Virus record (IMG/VR): IMGVR_UViG_3300009678_000041
Coordinates: 1-32,705 of that record
Origin: a virus
Lineage: Duplodnaviria; Caudoviricetes
DNA: 32,705 nt
Reading direction: 5' to 3' (one strand)
Position 1 is the stretch's first letter; the number at the start of each line of letters is the position of its first letter. The notes beneath the pieces were generated by a model. The model ran no database searches, had not been told where the DNA came from, and was given only the letters and a program-made list of their open reading frames with translations. This document shows, piece by piece, positions 18,169 to 27,833 of the stretch. Both the position numbers and the translations under genes were made by a program.

Positions 18169-20301
18169 TTACTGTATATTAAAAATAGTATCATGTGATG
18201 TTCTTACCTCAATAGTATATTGGATAAGCTTATCATACTGCTGGGTTTTGAATGCCAAATTGTCAGCAACTTTCACAACAGGTAGTGCATCACCAAATGG
18301 ATCTACCATATATAACTCTTCTGTTAACATTAATTCTTTTAATGGTGCATTCATATACTCAGGTAACCAATCTGTGTTAAAAATAATTGTATCACTACCA
18401 GAAACATTGTATTGCTTTCTTGTGTGGTCTGTTATAGTGTATACTCCATTCACATCAACAGTACTTCTTAAATATTCTGTTCCTGTAGTGGTTATTCTTC
18501 TGTCTCTTCTTTGTGACACAGGAAATCCTTCAAGCATTCCATATCTATTCTTAAAGACAAGTTGAAAGCCCTCTGATTGACATGCTTCATATAAAAAATA
18601 TGTTATTTCATAATATTCTAAATCATATTCAAATGCATACTTAATCCATTCCACGTCTAAGTCAGTATTTACTCTCACTCCCCTGATATAGGAATCATTA
18701 GTATCTGGAATTCCTGAAGATGAAGCGACAATCACAGGTGTACTATCAGCTGAAGTTGTATAGCTTACACTTACTATATGATTTGCTTTGAAGAATATGC
18801 AGTGTTTACTGCCTCTGTCTACAAATCTTGTTCTTCCTGTAAGTAATATATCTGTGTTTTGGTTCTCATAAATATCTAATGTATCAATATACCCATCAAG
18901 AGCATAGTAATATTGCTCATGTGTTCCTACTATTGTGTCTGGAATAACAGGATCTACAGTATCATCACCATCATTAAGCCTGTTTATTGCTTCTATTTTC
19001 ACCCATTTGCTTTCAGCAGGGTCAGTTGTGAAAGTTATTGTAGTAGCAGTAGTTAGGAAACTATCCAAATCTGCTTTATATCCTGTCTTAATAAAAGGAT
19101 TTATATTAATATATATGTTATCCTGTTCATCAGTTATCTTAGATTTGTGAGTAATGATATAAGGTAATTCAGGTAATGAGAATATGCTTCCAGTCCATTG
19201 ATATATCTTAAATTCTGTCTTAACAAAAGGAGTAAGCTCTGAAGTAACATAAAGTTCACTACCTCTTGTTTTAGTGATTGCAACAGTATCAAGAATTATG
19301 GTATTAGGGATAGGTATTTCTTGGATAGTGTCTGCTTCAATCACATCTGTCACAGTACCTAAAGCTATTACACCTGTGGTATTTGCTGTAATAACAATTG
19401 ACCATAAGTTCTGTACACCTCCTGTAGTTCTTATTCCTATAGTATCACTACCAACTAAAGTATATTCTACATCAGTAATATGATTAAACACTTTCATGTT
19501 GTTAACAAAATTCTCTGCTGTGAGTAATATGTTGGCACCTATAAGCACATTATCTACATCATTCAGGGTGCTAGACATATTCTTGGTAATTGTGGCAAAA
19601 ACTGCATGGTTCTTCATGATATTAAAAGTAATATCAGTTCCATCTGCAGGAATTCCAGAAACCACCATTCTTGAAAGCACCTTCTGTAAGTAATCTATCT
19701 CTATACTCACATCACCTGCTGTACTGCTTATATATTGGAAAGGATTGAACACTGTTGCAGCACTTGCTATGTAAGCATGTAATTCTGTTTCCATGTTTAA
19801 CATGGTTGCAGCCATTGTTCCTGCTAATGTAATATCATAAGGTGCAATAGGTGTTGTTATGAATCTTGCAAACAAATCATATGAAGTCAACTTAGGTACT
19901 GTTATAGTATAAGGAGTTGAGAACATCTCACCTGGATTAGATGTAAATACAAACTTGGTTATATAGCTACTACCAGTTTTTACTTTATATCTTATTGCAG
20001 GAGTACTCAACTTATGACCAAATATAGGACTTCCATTAGGTGTTGTTACTGTAACCTTAGTACCTGATACAACAGTTACAAAAGTAGGAAAGTCTATTGC
20101 TAAAGCAGCTGCATAATTTATAGCACTATCTGCAGGAGTTGCACCTATGGTAAATTGAAAACCAGAAGATCTTAAAGTCTTTGCTGTTTCAGATACTGCA
20201 GTAAAACTAGCATTTACTGTTGGATTTATATAATAGTTAAATGACACTATATAATCTATAGTAGGTAATACTTTGAAATCTATTTCTATTGAATTTCTCA
20301 T
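18169..20301 (-). CDS. Minor tail protein
   Basis: C-terminal F.NRYG, FNTDW..E...ELMLTE and LIQYTIE motifs; lies in the tail module; three divergent N-terminal repeats. Confidence 0.65.
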   Translation of the reverse strand: MRNSIEIDFKVLPTIDYIVSFNYYINPTVNASFTAVSETAKTLRSSGFQFTIGATPADSAINYAAALAIDFPTFVTVVSGTKVTVTTPNGSPIFGHKLSTPAIRYKVKTGSSYITKFVFTSNPGEMFSTPYTITVPKLTSYDLFARFITTPIAPYDITLAGTMAATMLNMETELHAYIASAATVFNPFQYISSTAGDVSIEIDYLQKVLSRMVVSGIPADGTDITFNIMKNHAVFATITKNMSSTLNDVDNVLIGANILLTAENFVNNMKVFNHITDVEYTLVGSDTIGIRTTGGVQNLWSIVITANTTGVIALGTVTDVIEADTIQEIPIPNTIILDTVAITKTRGSELYVTSELTPFVKTEFKIYQWTGSIFSLPELPYIITHKSKITDEQDNIYININPFIKTGYKADLDSFLTTATTITFTTDPAESKWVKIEAINRLNDGDDTVDPVIPDTIVGTHEQYYYALDGYIDTLDIYENQNTDILLTGRTRFVDRGSKHCIFFKANHIVSVSYTTSADSTPVIVASSSGIPDTNDSYIRGVRVNTDLDVEWIKYAFEYDLEYYEITYFLYEACQSEGFQLVFKNRYGMLEGFPVSQRRDRRITTTGTEYLRSTVDVNGVYTITDHTRKQYNVSGSDTIIFNTDWLPEYMNAPLKELMLTEELYMVDPFGDALPVVKVADNLAFKTQQYDKLIQYTIEVRTSHDTIFNIQ

Positions 20302-20306
20302 GATTA

Positions 20307-20603
20307 TTATTTATTAGGTGTTTTATTATCTTCATAGAATGAATCCCACACATCATCTGCAAATTCTTCTGCAAGTTCTGCAATCTGGTAATCATTTTTC
20401 TCCACAAAGTGGTGTTTTGCATTTGCATATATTGCATAATCTACAGCAACAGTTATTATATCCATTATGGTTGAGAGAGTAGGTGCTTTTGTAGCAATAC
20501 TATCTCTCAACCTTCCTGTTTTTACAGGTGCATCTTTCTTCAGTCCTGCAGGATAACTTACAAGAAACTCTCTTAAACTCTGTACTTTTAAATCTAGTGC
20601 CAT
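20307..20603 (-). CDS. HK97 gp10-like tail completion protein
   Basis: APVKTGRLRDSI motif; the ATG at 20603 (aatatcATG) avoids overlap with the upstream gene and is preferred over the track start at 20639. Confidence 0.65.
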   Translation of the reverse strand: MALDLKVQSLREFLVSYPAGLKKDAPVKTGRLRDSIATKAPTLSTIMDIITVAVDYAIYANAKHHFVEKNDYQIAELAEEFADDVWDSFYEDNKTPNK

Positions 20604-20607
20604 GATA

Positions 20608-23600
20608 TTAGATATTAAATCCTGGTCCTCCAAAACCAATTTGATTATTAAGCATATGAAATGTTATTGCTCCTGGAAAACTAAAATTAAATGGTGAAAG
20701 AGTAAAACCATATGAAGGATTAATATCTACAGTATAAACCTGAAAACCATCTGAAAATATATAATAACTACCATCATAAGAATTATAATAAATAGCCATA
20801 GGAGAATCTGTAGGTAATACTCCATAATTGAATACAATTTCCTCAGTCCAAGTATCAGTATTAATTTGATATAAATAAGCTTCACCAGTAATATTATTAC
20901 TAGCAAAGAATATTAATTTATTTCCTGCCATTAAAAAGTTTGTAATAGGCATAATATTAGTAGGAAAATTATACAAATTAAAACGAGAGGTTGCAATATC
21001 AGATGGAATAAATTGGTCTATACCTACATTAGTTGGATCAAAAACATTAGTACATATCATGTGTGTTGCTGTATAAAATGCTGATTGTCTTCCCATAGTA
21101 AAGTTAGCAATTCCAGAAACACTATAATTATTAACAAAATCAAAACTAATAGGACTAAGAGTAATATCATATATTCTTAACTCCTCAGAACTAATATTTA
21201 CAAATGTATTATTATTCCAACATAAAGACTTAGGTGTTCCTATTATGGTAGGATTACTTAAGAATTCTACATTACCAGTAATAACATCTGCTTCATGAAT
21301 ACCATTAAAAGAAGTACCAGTAAGCCACATTAATAAATTTCCATTCTGTAATGTAGGAGAACTACAACTAGCATTATCATTTACAGCACCAGAAGAAAGA
21401 ATTTGCCAAACAAATCCTTCATTATTTAGTGCTCTATACCAAAAACCACCACCATTAAAAGGGGTTGTTAAAGTATTGTCTGTATATAATACAGTACTAA
21501 TCCCTACAGTATCACTTGTTGAATATAAAGCTATTGTAGGACCACTTAAAGGACATGCTTCAGCTGATGTACTTACTCCTTGCTCAACTAAAATATGTTC
21601 AAATGGTACTGCTGGACAATTAGTTGCAGCATCACCACAACTACCATAAGCATCACCATCACCATAATTAGATGTAGGTGCTGCACTTGTTGTACCTATT
21701 AAACTATCTATGCTTACTAAAAGAGTATTGTCAAAATCAAACTGCCATGTACCTACTGTAAGTGGTTGAGGATTGATTATAGTGCTTGTTGAATTTGGAG
21801 TAGTACAATTACCACATACAAAGTAACTAACATTATATATATATCTAGGACACACTAATGCAGCACATGTAGCAGTTCCATTTGCTTGTAGAAAATCAAC
21901 ATTAGGACTATCAGAAGTCATACCTACTAAGCTATCTATTCTAAATTTAGAATGACCATTAGGTTCGTAGAACCAAGTACCTGGAGTAAGTTCTGTAAGA
22001 TTAACTAAAGTATCTGTTCCTAAATCTCCACCACAATCATCACATACAAACTCTGTATAATTGTATTCAAAATTTGAAGGAGGTGGAACAAATGTGCATA
22101 AATCTAAGGATATTACTTCTCCATTAGCATCTATATTAATTATTGACACATGTGTTAGAGGACATAAATAACCTTGAAGACTAGGAATACTACCAACAGT
22201 ACTATCCCAGAAGAAATATCTACCTTCTGGTACAACAGCACAGTTTGTAAGTCCATAACCTACATACACTTTCTCTCCTGGAGTAAATACAGAATACTCT
22301 ACAGGAAAATTAGAAATCTGTGGAGGACTAAATGGTGCACATGCACAGTTCTTAAAGTTTTGCCACAGTGCACAAGCAGCATCAAAATCAACAGCATTTC
22401 TTATATCATGGAAAGCTGCACCACATGGACTAGCAGCACTTGTATTAAAATCTGCAAGTAATCTAGCCTGAGTTAATCCTATAGGTCTAGCACAAGTGTA
22501 TGTGCATGTATCTAATGCAGTGATGATTCCATCAGCTCCAACAGTTACTATTGTTATACTTGTTATTGGACAGAAGTAATTTATAAGTGTTACAGATGAA
22601 GGAAGGACTGTGTCCCAGAAGAAATAAAATCCTGGAAGAGGAACAGCACTACAAGAAGTTGAACCATAACTAGCATACAATTTTTGTCCTATAGCTATAG
22701 AAGAATATTCTATATCATAGTTAGAAAAACTATCTGGTGGTAGAACACAAACACAATCTTTAAATGTTGCCCACATATCACAAACTGCTGCTAAATTTGG
22801 TGCAGTTCTAATATTACTACTTATTAAACCACAATCACTAGAAGTATTTGTGGTAAACTCTCCAAGAAGAGCACCTCTGGTTAATCCTGTAGGTCTTGTG
22901 CAAATACATCCTGCAACTTCTTCACATGTAGCTTTACCATCTGCATCAAAGTAAGTATTATAACTACCAGGAGTCATATCTGTAAATGCTGTGATAACAA
23001 ATTTAAAGTTTGATATAGGATTAAGAAACCATTTACCTACTGTAAGTGCAGTGTTGTTATATAAGTTACCACCTCCAAGATTTACACAGTTACAATCATA
23101 GATGTCATATGAATAACCAAATGCTTCAGGAAGACCACAAGATACTTCAGCACATGTATTTACACCATCTGCATTCACAAAGAAGTGACTTGCAGGGTCA
23201 ATTGTAAGACCTAAATCAGATTCTATAAGTAATCTTCCACCACCACTTAAAGTAGTAAAGAACCATTTACCAGGAGATAAAGGTGTATCATTAATTATCT
23301 GTCCTGTTTCAAGTGTTACACCACAATCAGTACAAGAGCGTAATGTATATTGATATACATTATGTAATGGAGGACAGGAGAAACTATCTAATACAGTACC
23401 ATCTTCATCAAGATGATATGCTCTGTTATAATTAAAATTATGATACCATAAACCTCCTCCTGTAAAAGGAGTAATTAATGCTGTATCAGTATACATTATT
23501 GTTGAATCAAGTACTGGTTCATAATCACTGGAGTATAAAGTAATACTATATACATTATCAGCACATGCATCTCCTGAAGTTAAGTGTCCTGTAACTGTGA

Positions 23601-25302
23601 AATTATATCCATATACAGGAATTGGACAACCTACCACTTCTGCACATGTGGCTTTACCACTAGATGCAAGAACAGTTGAGGTCCAAGTACCTATACATCC
23701 TAAGTCTTCCATAACATGAATCTTATATCCAAATACAGGATCAAAATACCACATACCTACAGTAAGTGCTTCCTGATTTGTCATACCACCACCACCAACA
23801 TTGTTACAAGCAGGATTGCAATCATGAAGATTTACATTATATTGGAAACCTTGAGTACATGCAGGAGTACACACTACATTTGCACATAAGTCTTGTTTAG
23901 AGCTATCTAATATAGTTCTGGTAAAACCAGAGGAACATCCATTGAATCCTGTTATTGTAATCTTTCTATCTGACACTATGTCATAGTACCATTTATTTGC
24001 AGTAAGTGCTGTCTCATTAGTTATGCTACCTGGTCCTATGAAGTTACAAGCACAATCATATATACCTACACTGTATCCATATCCTAAAGAACACACAGGA
24101 GGACATGGTGTGGTACCTCCTGAAGTAAGACCATTGTTATCAATCTGGAAGATTACTCCATTTGCAGAAGCTTTATAGAACAAATTACCACCTGGAAAAG
24201 GTGTTGATAACACAAAATCTGTAAATAATGTTATACCATCTACCATGAAAGGAGATATTGAGTATAGAATAAGACTAAAATCTTCATCATTACAGTTTTC
24301 TAAAGCAGTATTTGTACCTGGTTCTGTGAAATTATATTGAAATAATGCAGCAGAACATGTGAATATCTCAAGGATATTACCATTAATATCTATTAAATAT
24401 GCTTGATTCTCTGATTTATACCAGAAAGTATTACCAACAAATACATTTTGTAGTGCAAAATCTGTATACATTTTGCTTCCTACTTGTAACACAGTGCTTG
24501 TAGAGAACAAAGACATCTGATGAGGGTCACCACATGCATCATTTCCAGAAGGTTTTCCTTCCTGTGAGAAGTTAAATTGATTAGCAGGTAATGTAGAACA
24601 TGTAGTGATATTCATAACTATACCATTATCATCAATCTGATAAGTATTAGTACCTGATGCTTTTCTCCAAAGATTGTTACCTAAGAAAGGAACAGTAAGA
24701 TTTACATCTGAATATAACACTGTTCCTATTAATGGAGGATTATCAAAACTGTATAGCGTCAATCCTGTAGATACATCACTACAGGAATCACCACTTGCTA
24801 CAAATCCTAAAGGAGAGAAGGTATATGCAAAGCTTCCACCATCAGGCATTACACAAACATCAATAGTATTTGGTACTGCAAGTGTAATAGTTATTAACCA
24901 ACCATCTACTAAATCTAATTCTCTGAATAGTACAGGTACTGCTTCTGTAACAGATAATATTTCTATACCATCATTATGTGTATATCTTAATGCTGCTATT
25001 AACCTGTTAAGGATAGCATGACATGTGTTAAGTGTATCTATCTGATTATCATTGCTTAACCATTTATCTTTTACCTCAGAGTTGGATAAATCTCTTTGGT
25101 CTAATGCAGAAATCTCAAGAGTTATAACATTTTGCTGAGAAGAATCATAGTTGCTACCTACAGGATTTATATGCACTACAGGATATATAGCTTTCTTATA
25201 TAAATCTCTATAGTTATCCACACCAAATAATACAGTGTGCACACTTAAGTCTGCCATCAACAGGTCTTTAATCTTCTGGGTTACTTTATAAAATGCTTGC
25301 AT
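20608..25302 (-). CDS. Tail terminator-like domain fused to a long Cys-rich modular extension (1564 aa)
   Basis: aa 1-150 (IYPVVHI, D.RD, DTLNT...LNRL, GW...I...VPN..DVC) resemble the short tail terminators of related phages; followed by 13 Cys-bracketed modules and a ~250-aa C-terminal domain. Confidence 0.7.
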   Translation of the reverse strand: MQAFYKVTQKIKDLLMADLSVHTVLFGVDNYRDLYKKAIYPVVHINPVGSNYDSSQQNVITLEISALDQRDLSNSEVKDKWLSNDNQIDTLNTCHAILNRLIAALRYTHNDGIEILSVTEAVPVLFRELDLVDGWLITITLAVPNTIDVCVMPDGGSFAYTFSPLGFVASGDSCSDVSTGLTLYSFDNPPLIGTVLYSDVNLTVPFLGNNLWRKASGTNTYQIDDNGIVMNITTCSTLPANQFNFSQEGKPSGNDACGDPHQMSLFSTSTVLQVGSKMYTDFALQNVFVGNTFWYKSENQAYLIDINGNILEIFTCSAALFQYNFTEPGTNTALENCNDEDFSLILYSISPFMVDGITLFTDFVLSTPFPGGNLFYKASANGVIFQIDNNGLTSGGTTPCPPVCSLGYGYSVGIYDCACNFIGPGSITNETALTANKWYYDIVSDRKITITGFNGCSSGFTRTILDSSKQDLCANVVCTPACTQGFQYNVNLHDCNPACNNVGGGGMTNQEALTVGMWYFDPVFGYKIHVMEDLGCIGTWTSTVLASSGKATCAEVVGCPIPVYGYNFTVTGHLTSGDACADNVYSITLYSSDYEPVLDSTIMYTDTALITPFTGGGLWYHNFNYNRAYHLDEDGTVLDSFSCPPLHNVYQYTLRSCTDCGVTLETGQIINDTPLSPGKWFFTTLSGGGRLLIESDLGLTIDPASHFFVNADGVNTCAEVSCGLPEAFGYSYDIYDCNCVNLGGGNLYNNTALTVGKWFLNPISNFKFVITAFTDMTPGSYNTYFDADGKATCEEVAGCICTRPTGLTRGALLGEFTTNTSSDCGLISSNIRTAPNLAAVCDMWATFKDCVCVLPPDSFSNYDIEYSSIAIGQKLYASYGSTSCSAVPLPGFYFFWDTVLPSSVTLINYFCPITSITIVTVGADGIITALDTCTYTCARPIGLTQARLLADFNTSAASPCGAAFHDIRNAVDFDAACALWQNFKNCACAPFSPPQISNFPVEYSVFTPGEKVYVGYGLTNCAVVPEGRYFFWDSTVGSIPSLQGYLCPLTHVSIINIDANGEVISLDLCTFVPPPSNFEYNYTEFVCDDCGGDLGTDTLVNLTELTPGTWFYEPNGHSKFRIDSLVGMTSDSPNVDFLQANGTATCAALVCPRYIYNVSYFVCGNCTTPNSTSTIINPQPLTVGTWQFDFDNTLLVSIDSLIGTTSAAPTSNYGDGDAYGSCGDAATNCPAVPFEHILVEQGVSTSAEACPLSGPTIALYSTSDTVGISTVLYTDNTLTTPFNGGGFWYRALNNEGFVWQILSSGAVNDNASCSSPTLQNGNLLMWLTGTSFNGIHEADVITGNVEFLSNPTIIGTPKSLCWNNNTFVNISSEELRIYDITLSPISFDFVNNYSVSGIANFTMGRQSAFYTATHMICTNVFDPTNVGIDQFIPSDIATSRFNLYNFPTNIMPITNFLMAGNKLIFFASNNITGEAYLYQINTDTWTEEIVFNYGVLPTDSPMAIYYNSYDGSYYIFSDGFQVYTVDINPSYGFTLSPFNFSFPGAITFHMLNNQIGFGGPGFNI

Positions 25303-25310
25303 AACTTTGT

Positions 25311-25577
25311 TTATTTAGAATTAATTCTTTTAATGTCCAGCTGACTTTTTCTCTTATAGAAATTTACAAAGGTTAGAAACTCATCAGCTCTTGAATTAAC
25401 TACCTGGTTTATTTTTGTATAATCTTCATGTGCTGCTGTGTACAGCATTGGGTACCAACCCATCTCTTCAGCAAACTTATCTTCTTCAGTGAAAGTTACT
25501 AAACTTTCTCCTTCTCTAGGTTCTTCTCTTGTGTATAAGTGTCCAAATGGTTCAATAAACTTCTTTTTAAAAGTGCA
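25311..25577 (-). CDS. -1 frame extension of the tail assembly chaperone (gpGT-like, 238 aa total)
   Basis: Open -1 frame from the T9 run: CTFKKKFIEPFGHLY...FAEEMGWYPMLYTAAHEDY...FLTFVNFYKRK...SK*. It fills the gap up to the next ATG at 25302. Confidence 0.8.
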   Translation of the reverse strand, partial: CTFKKKFIEPFGHLYTREEPREGESLVTFTEEDKFAEEMGWYPMLYTAAHEDYTKINQVVNSRADEFLTFVNFYKRKSQLDIKRINSK

Positions 25578-26026
25578 AAAAAAAAGATAGCACCTAATAT
25601 AATTCTGAAATCAGTCTTTAGATATGTCTCAATGTATTTATCAGTTCCTGTATATGGCTCTATGGAATATGTGTTAAACCATGACTTTTTGACAGGTCTG
25701 TATAATACAGACATGAGTTGATCCAATTGTAAATTATCTTTCTGCATTAATGCATCCAAATCTATAAACTCACCTACAGTAATATCTTCTAAGTTAGGTA
25801 TAAATCCAAAGCTTATACCATCCTGTTTGAATCTGTGAACAAGAGGTAAATCCTTTGTGTGAAGCAATTGCTTGGTAATGTCTGTTAACAAAGCAGTAGC
25901 TTCTTCTATTGGTGCATCTTGTGCTTTAAAGAGTTTGATTATTGCTATACCTAAAGCATCAGAATCTTTTGCATGTAGCTTCTGCAACTCTTGTATCTTC
26001 ATATATTTTTCTAATGTGATTATCAT
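25499..26026 (-). CDS. Tail assembly chaperone (gpG-like)
   Basis: ITLEKY, FGFIPNLEDITVGEFIDLD and MSVLYRP motifs; slippery T TTT TTT at the FFF codons. Confidence 0.75.
   Translation of the reverse strand: MIITLEKYMKIQELQKLHAKDSDALGIAIIKLFKAQDAPIEEATALLTDITKQLLHTKDLPLVHRFKQDGISFGFIPNLEDITVGEFIDLDALMQKDNLQLDQLMSVLYRPVKKSWFNTYSIEPYTGTDKYIETYLKTDFRIILGAIFFFALLKRSLLNHLDTYTQEKNLEKEKV
25577..25585 (-). other. Programmed -1 ribosomal frameshift slippery site
   Basis: ATC TTT TTT TTT GCA contains an in-frame X XXY YYZ heptamer. Confidence 0.75.
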
Positions 26027-27249
26027 CTTACATAATATTTAGTTACTGTTGGATTTTTGAGTATATGTGATACTCTATATCTTGCTGCATCTAAGCAGTG
26101 ATTGTACATATCTATAGGAGTATCTGACTTTCTGTCAGACCAGCAATAGTTATTTAATTCTCTTGCAAGGTTAACTGAAGTACTTGTTACTACTAGTTTG
26201 TAATCCTGCATAATCTTAATACCTACACCTACACTACCTGCACCTTTCACACAAGGTTTTATATTAACTCCTTTGAGTTTCAATTCTTCTATCAATCTTG
26301 GTTCACTATTATCACCAATGATTTCTTTTCTTTCTACTGTATGTTTAATAGCATCATATATCTCTGTAGTAGTTAGGTGTTCTTGATATAACTCCTCAGA
26401 TAGATAGATAATTCTTTTCTTCTTATCAATTGCTACTCTTACTAATGTGGTAGGGTCACTCTTAAATCCAAAGTCTGCACCAAATCCATATTCTAAAGTA
26501 TCATCAAAGATTCCATATTCCCAGTTAGTAAATATAACTCCTTCTGCTGTATCTAACCAACCACCCATAATGATGTGATTGAACTTAAGCAGATTATGTA
26601 ACTTCATATACTCCACCTCAGTAATAAATGAAGGACTTAGGTTATCTAAGTTATCTAAGTAGGAAGTGTGTATATAATTAACATCTTCCCTAACACCATT
26701 ATACCCAGGTGTGATACCTTGTTGTTCAAAGAATCTTTTATATATCCAGTGAACTTTTGTAGCAGGGTTTAAGATTAGGATAATCTTATTTGGTCTTAGT
26801 GTACTTCTTATGCTTAAATTTATCTTATCAAATATATCTTCATCAATTAATTCCTCTGCTTCATCCATTACCCATGTGTCAACACCTTGTAGAGACTTCA
26901 GGTTAGCAGTTTGGTCACCACTTGATGTTCTTATCCCCTTAAAGATTATCTTGCTTCCTGTGAGGTTATTTGTGATAGTGTCCTGAGTTATAATAAAATA
27001 GGGTTCTAACCCTAATATCTTAATCTTTTCTAAGAACTCTGGTATGATACTAATGGTAGCACTAATCAGAGTGTATCTTGTGTAAAGTATAGTATGATTA
27101 TTCTCAAACTGTAATAGCAAACATAAGTAAGTAGATACACTGAAGGATTTAGAGCTACCTCTTCCTCCTGTAACAATATTATATCTGCTGTTGTTTTTAA
27201 ACAGAGATTTATACTTCTTATGTAATGTTATCTTACTCACCTTCACCAA
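26023..27249 (-). CDS. terL: Terminase large subunit (PBSX-like)
   Basis: Walker A GGRGSSKS, Walker B WVMDEAEE, LNP motif, nuclease DFG..DP and NHCLDAARY. Confidence 0.95.
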   Translation of the reverse strand: MVKVSKITLHKKYKSLFKNNSRYNIVTGGRGSSKSFSVSTYLCLLLQFENNHTILYTRYTLISATISIIPEFLEKIKILGLEPYFIITQDTITNNLTGSKIIFKGIRTSSGDQTANLKSLQGVDTWVMDEAEELIDEDIFDKINLSIRSTLRPNKIILILNPATKVHWIYKRFFEQQGITPGYNGVREDVNYIHTSYLDNLDNLSPSFITEVEYMKLHNLLKFNHIIMGGWLDTAEGVIFTNWEYGIFDDTLEYGFGADFGFKSDPTTLVRVAIDKKKRIIYLSEELYQEHLTTTEIYDAIKHTVERKEIIGDNSEPRLIEELKLKGVNIKPCVKGAGSVGVGIKIMQDYKLVVTSTSVNLARELNNYCWSDRKSDTPIDMYNHCLDAARYRVSHILKNPTVTKYYVR

Positions 27250-27634
27250 AGTTTAATAAATCAGATAATGATTTAGTATCAAAAGTTACACTAATTCCTT
27301 TCACATCTTTAAATCCTGACATCTCTCCTAACAATTTAGTAGCACTTACCTTATCACTGTTTCTTGCACTATCACTATTAATTATCTCAAGAAGCTTTAT
27401 CACAAGCTTTTCCTTTGTAATCAACAGAGCATCAGCTACCTCATCTTGTTCTTTCTTAAGATACTCCTTAATGTTAGGATTTGCAAGTAAATCAGGAGCA
27501 CTTGACCTTGCAGAATCATAGCTACTGTCAGGATATGCTGACATATATGCTTTAGTAGCATTATATCCATTTGTCATATAATGTTTAATAAACAACTTCT
27601 GTTTAAATGTTAGATCCTTTTCCATCATCATCAT
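27233..27634 (-). CDS. terS: Terminase small subunit
   Basis: LTFKQKLFIKHY...NATKAY..AY...LL.NP.IKEY HTH motif directly upstream of terL; the exact Met start is uncertain. Confidence 0.85.
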   Translation of the reverse strand: MMMMEKDLTFKQKLFIKHYMTNGYNATKAYMSAYPDSSYDSARSSAPDLLANPNIKEYLKKEQDEVADALLITKEKLVIKLLEIINSDSARNSDKVSATKLLGEMSGFKDVKGISVTFDTKSLSDLLNFGEGE

Positions 27635-27833
27635 CTTTAGTAACTTTCTGTGTAATTACAGAAAGGATTGCTGCCAGTATTTGAAAACCAACAATTATAC
27701 AATATATTTGAGCTATTGAAGTATATGCTCCTACCCAAAGCATAAGTAAAAATAGTAAAACAGGTACAACAATTAATTCACTTATTACCTGCACTATAAT
27801 GTTTCTTCTTTCTTGTTTAGATGTAGTTTTCAT
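27603..27833 (-). CDS. Small two-helix membrane protein (possible holin)
   Basis: 76 aa with a basic N-terminus, two hydrophobic stretches and a charged C-terminus. Confidence 0.5.
   Translation of the reverse strand: MKTTSKQERRNIIVQVISELIVVPVLLFLLMLWVGAYTSIAQIYCIIVGFQILAAILSVITQKVTKDDDDGKGSNI

Noticed and set aside
20237-20437. 66-aa alternative-frame ORF (likewise 1844..2143)
   Set aside because: It overlaps better-supported genes on the same strand, with no motif or frameshift signal noticed.
20608-25302. Diversity-generating retroelement or invertible shufflon acting on the adhesin repeats
   Set aside because: No reverse transcriptase or recombinase gene, and the modules are too diverged at DNA level for a template/variable repeat pair.
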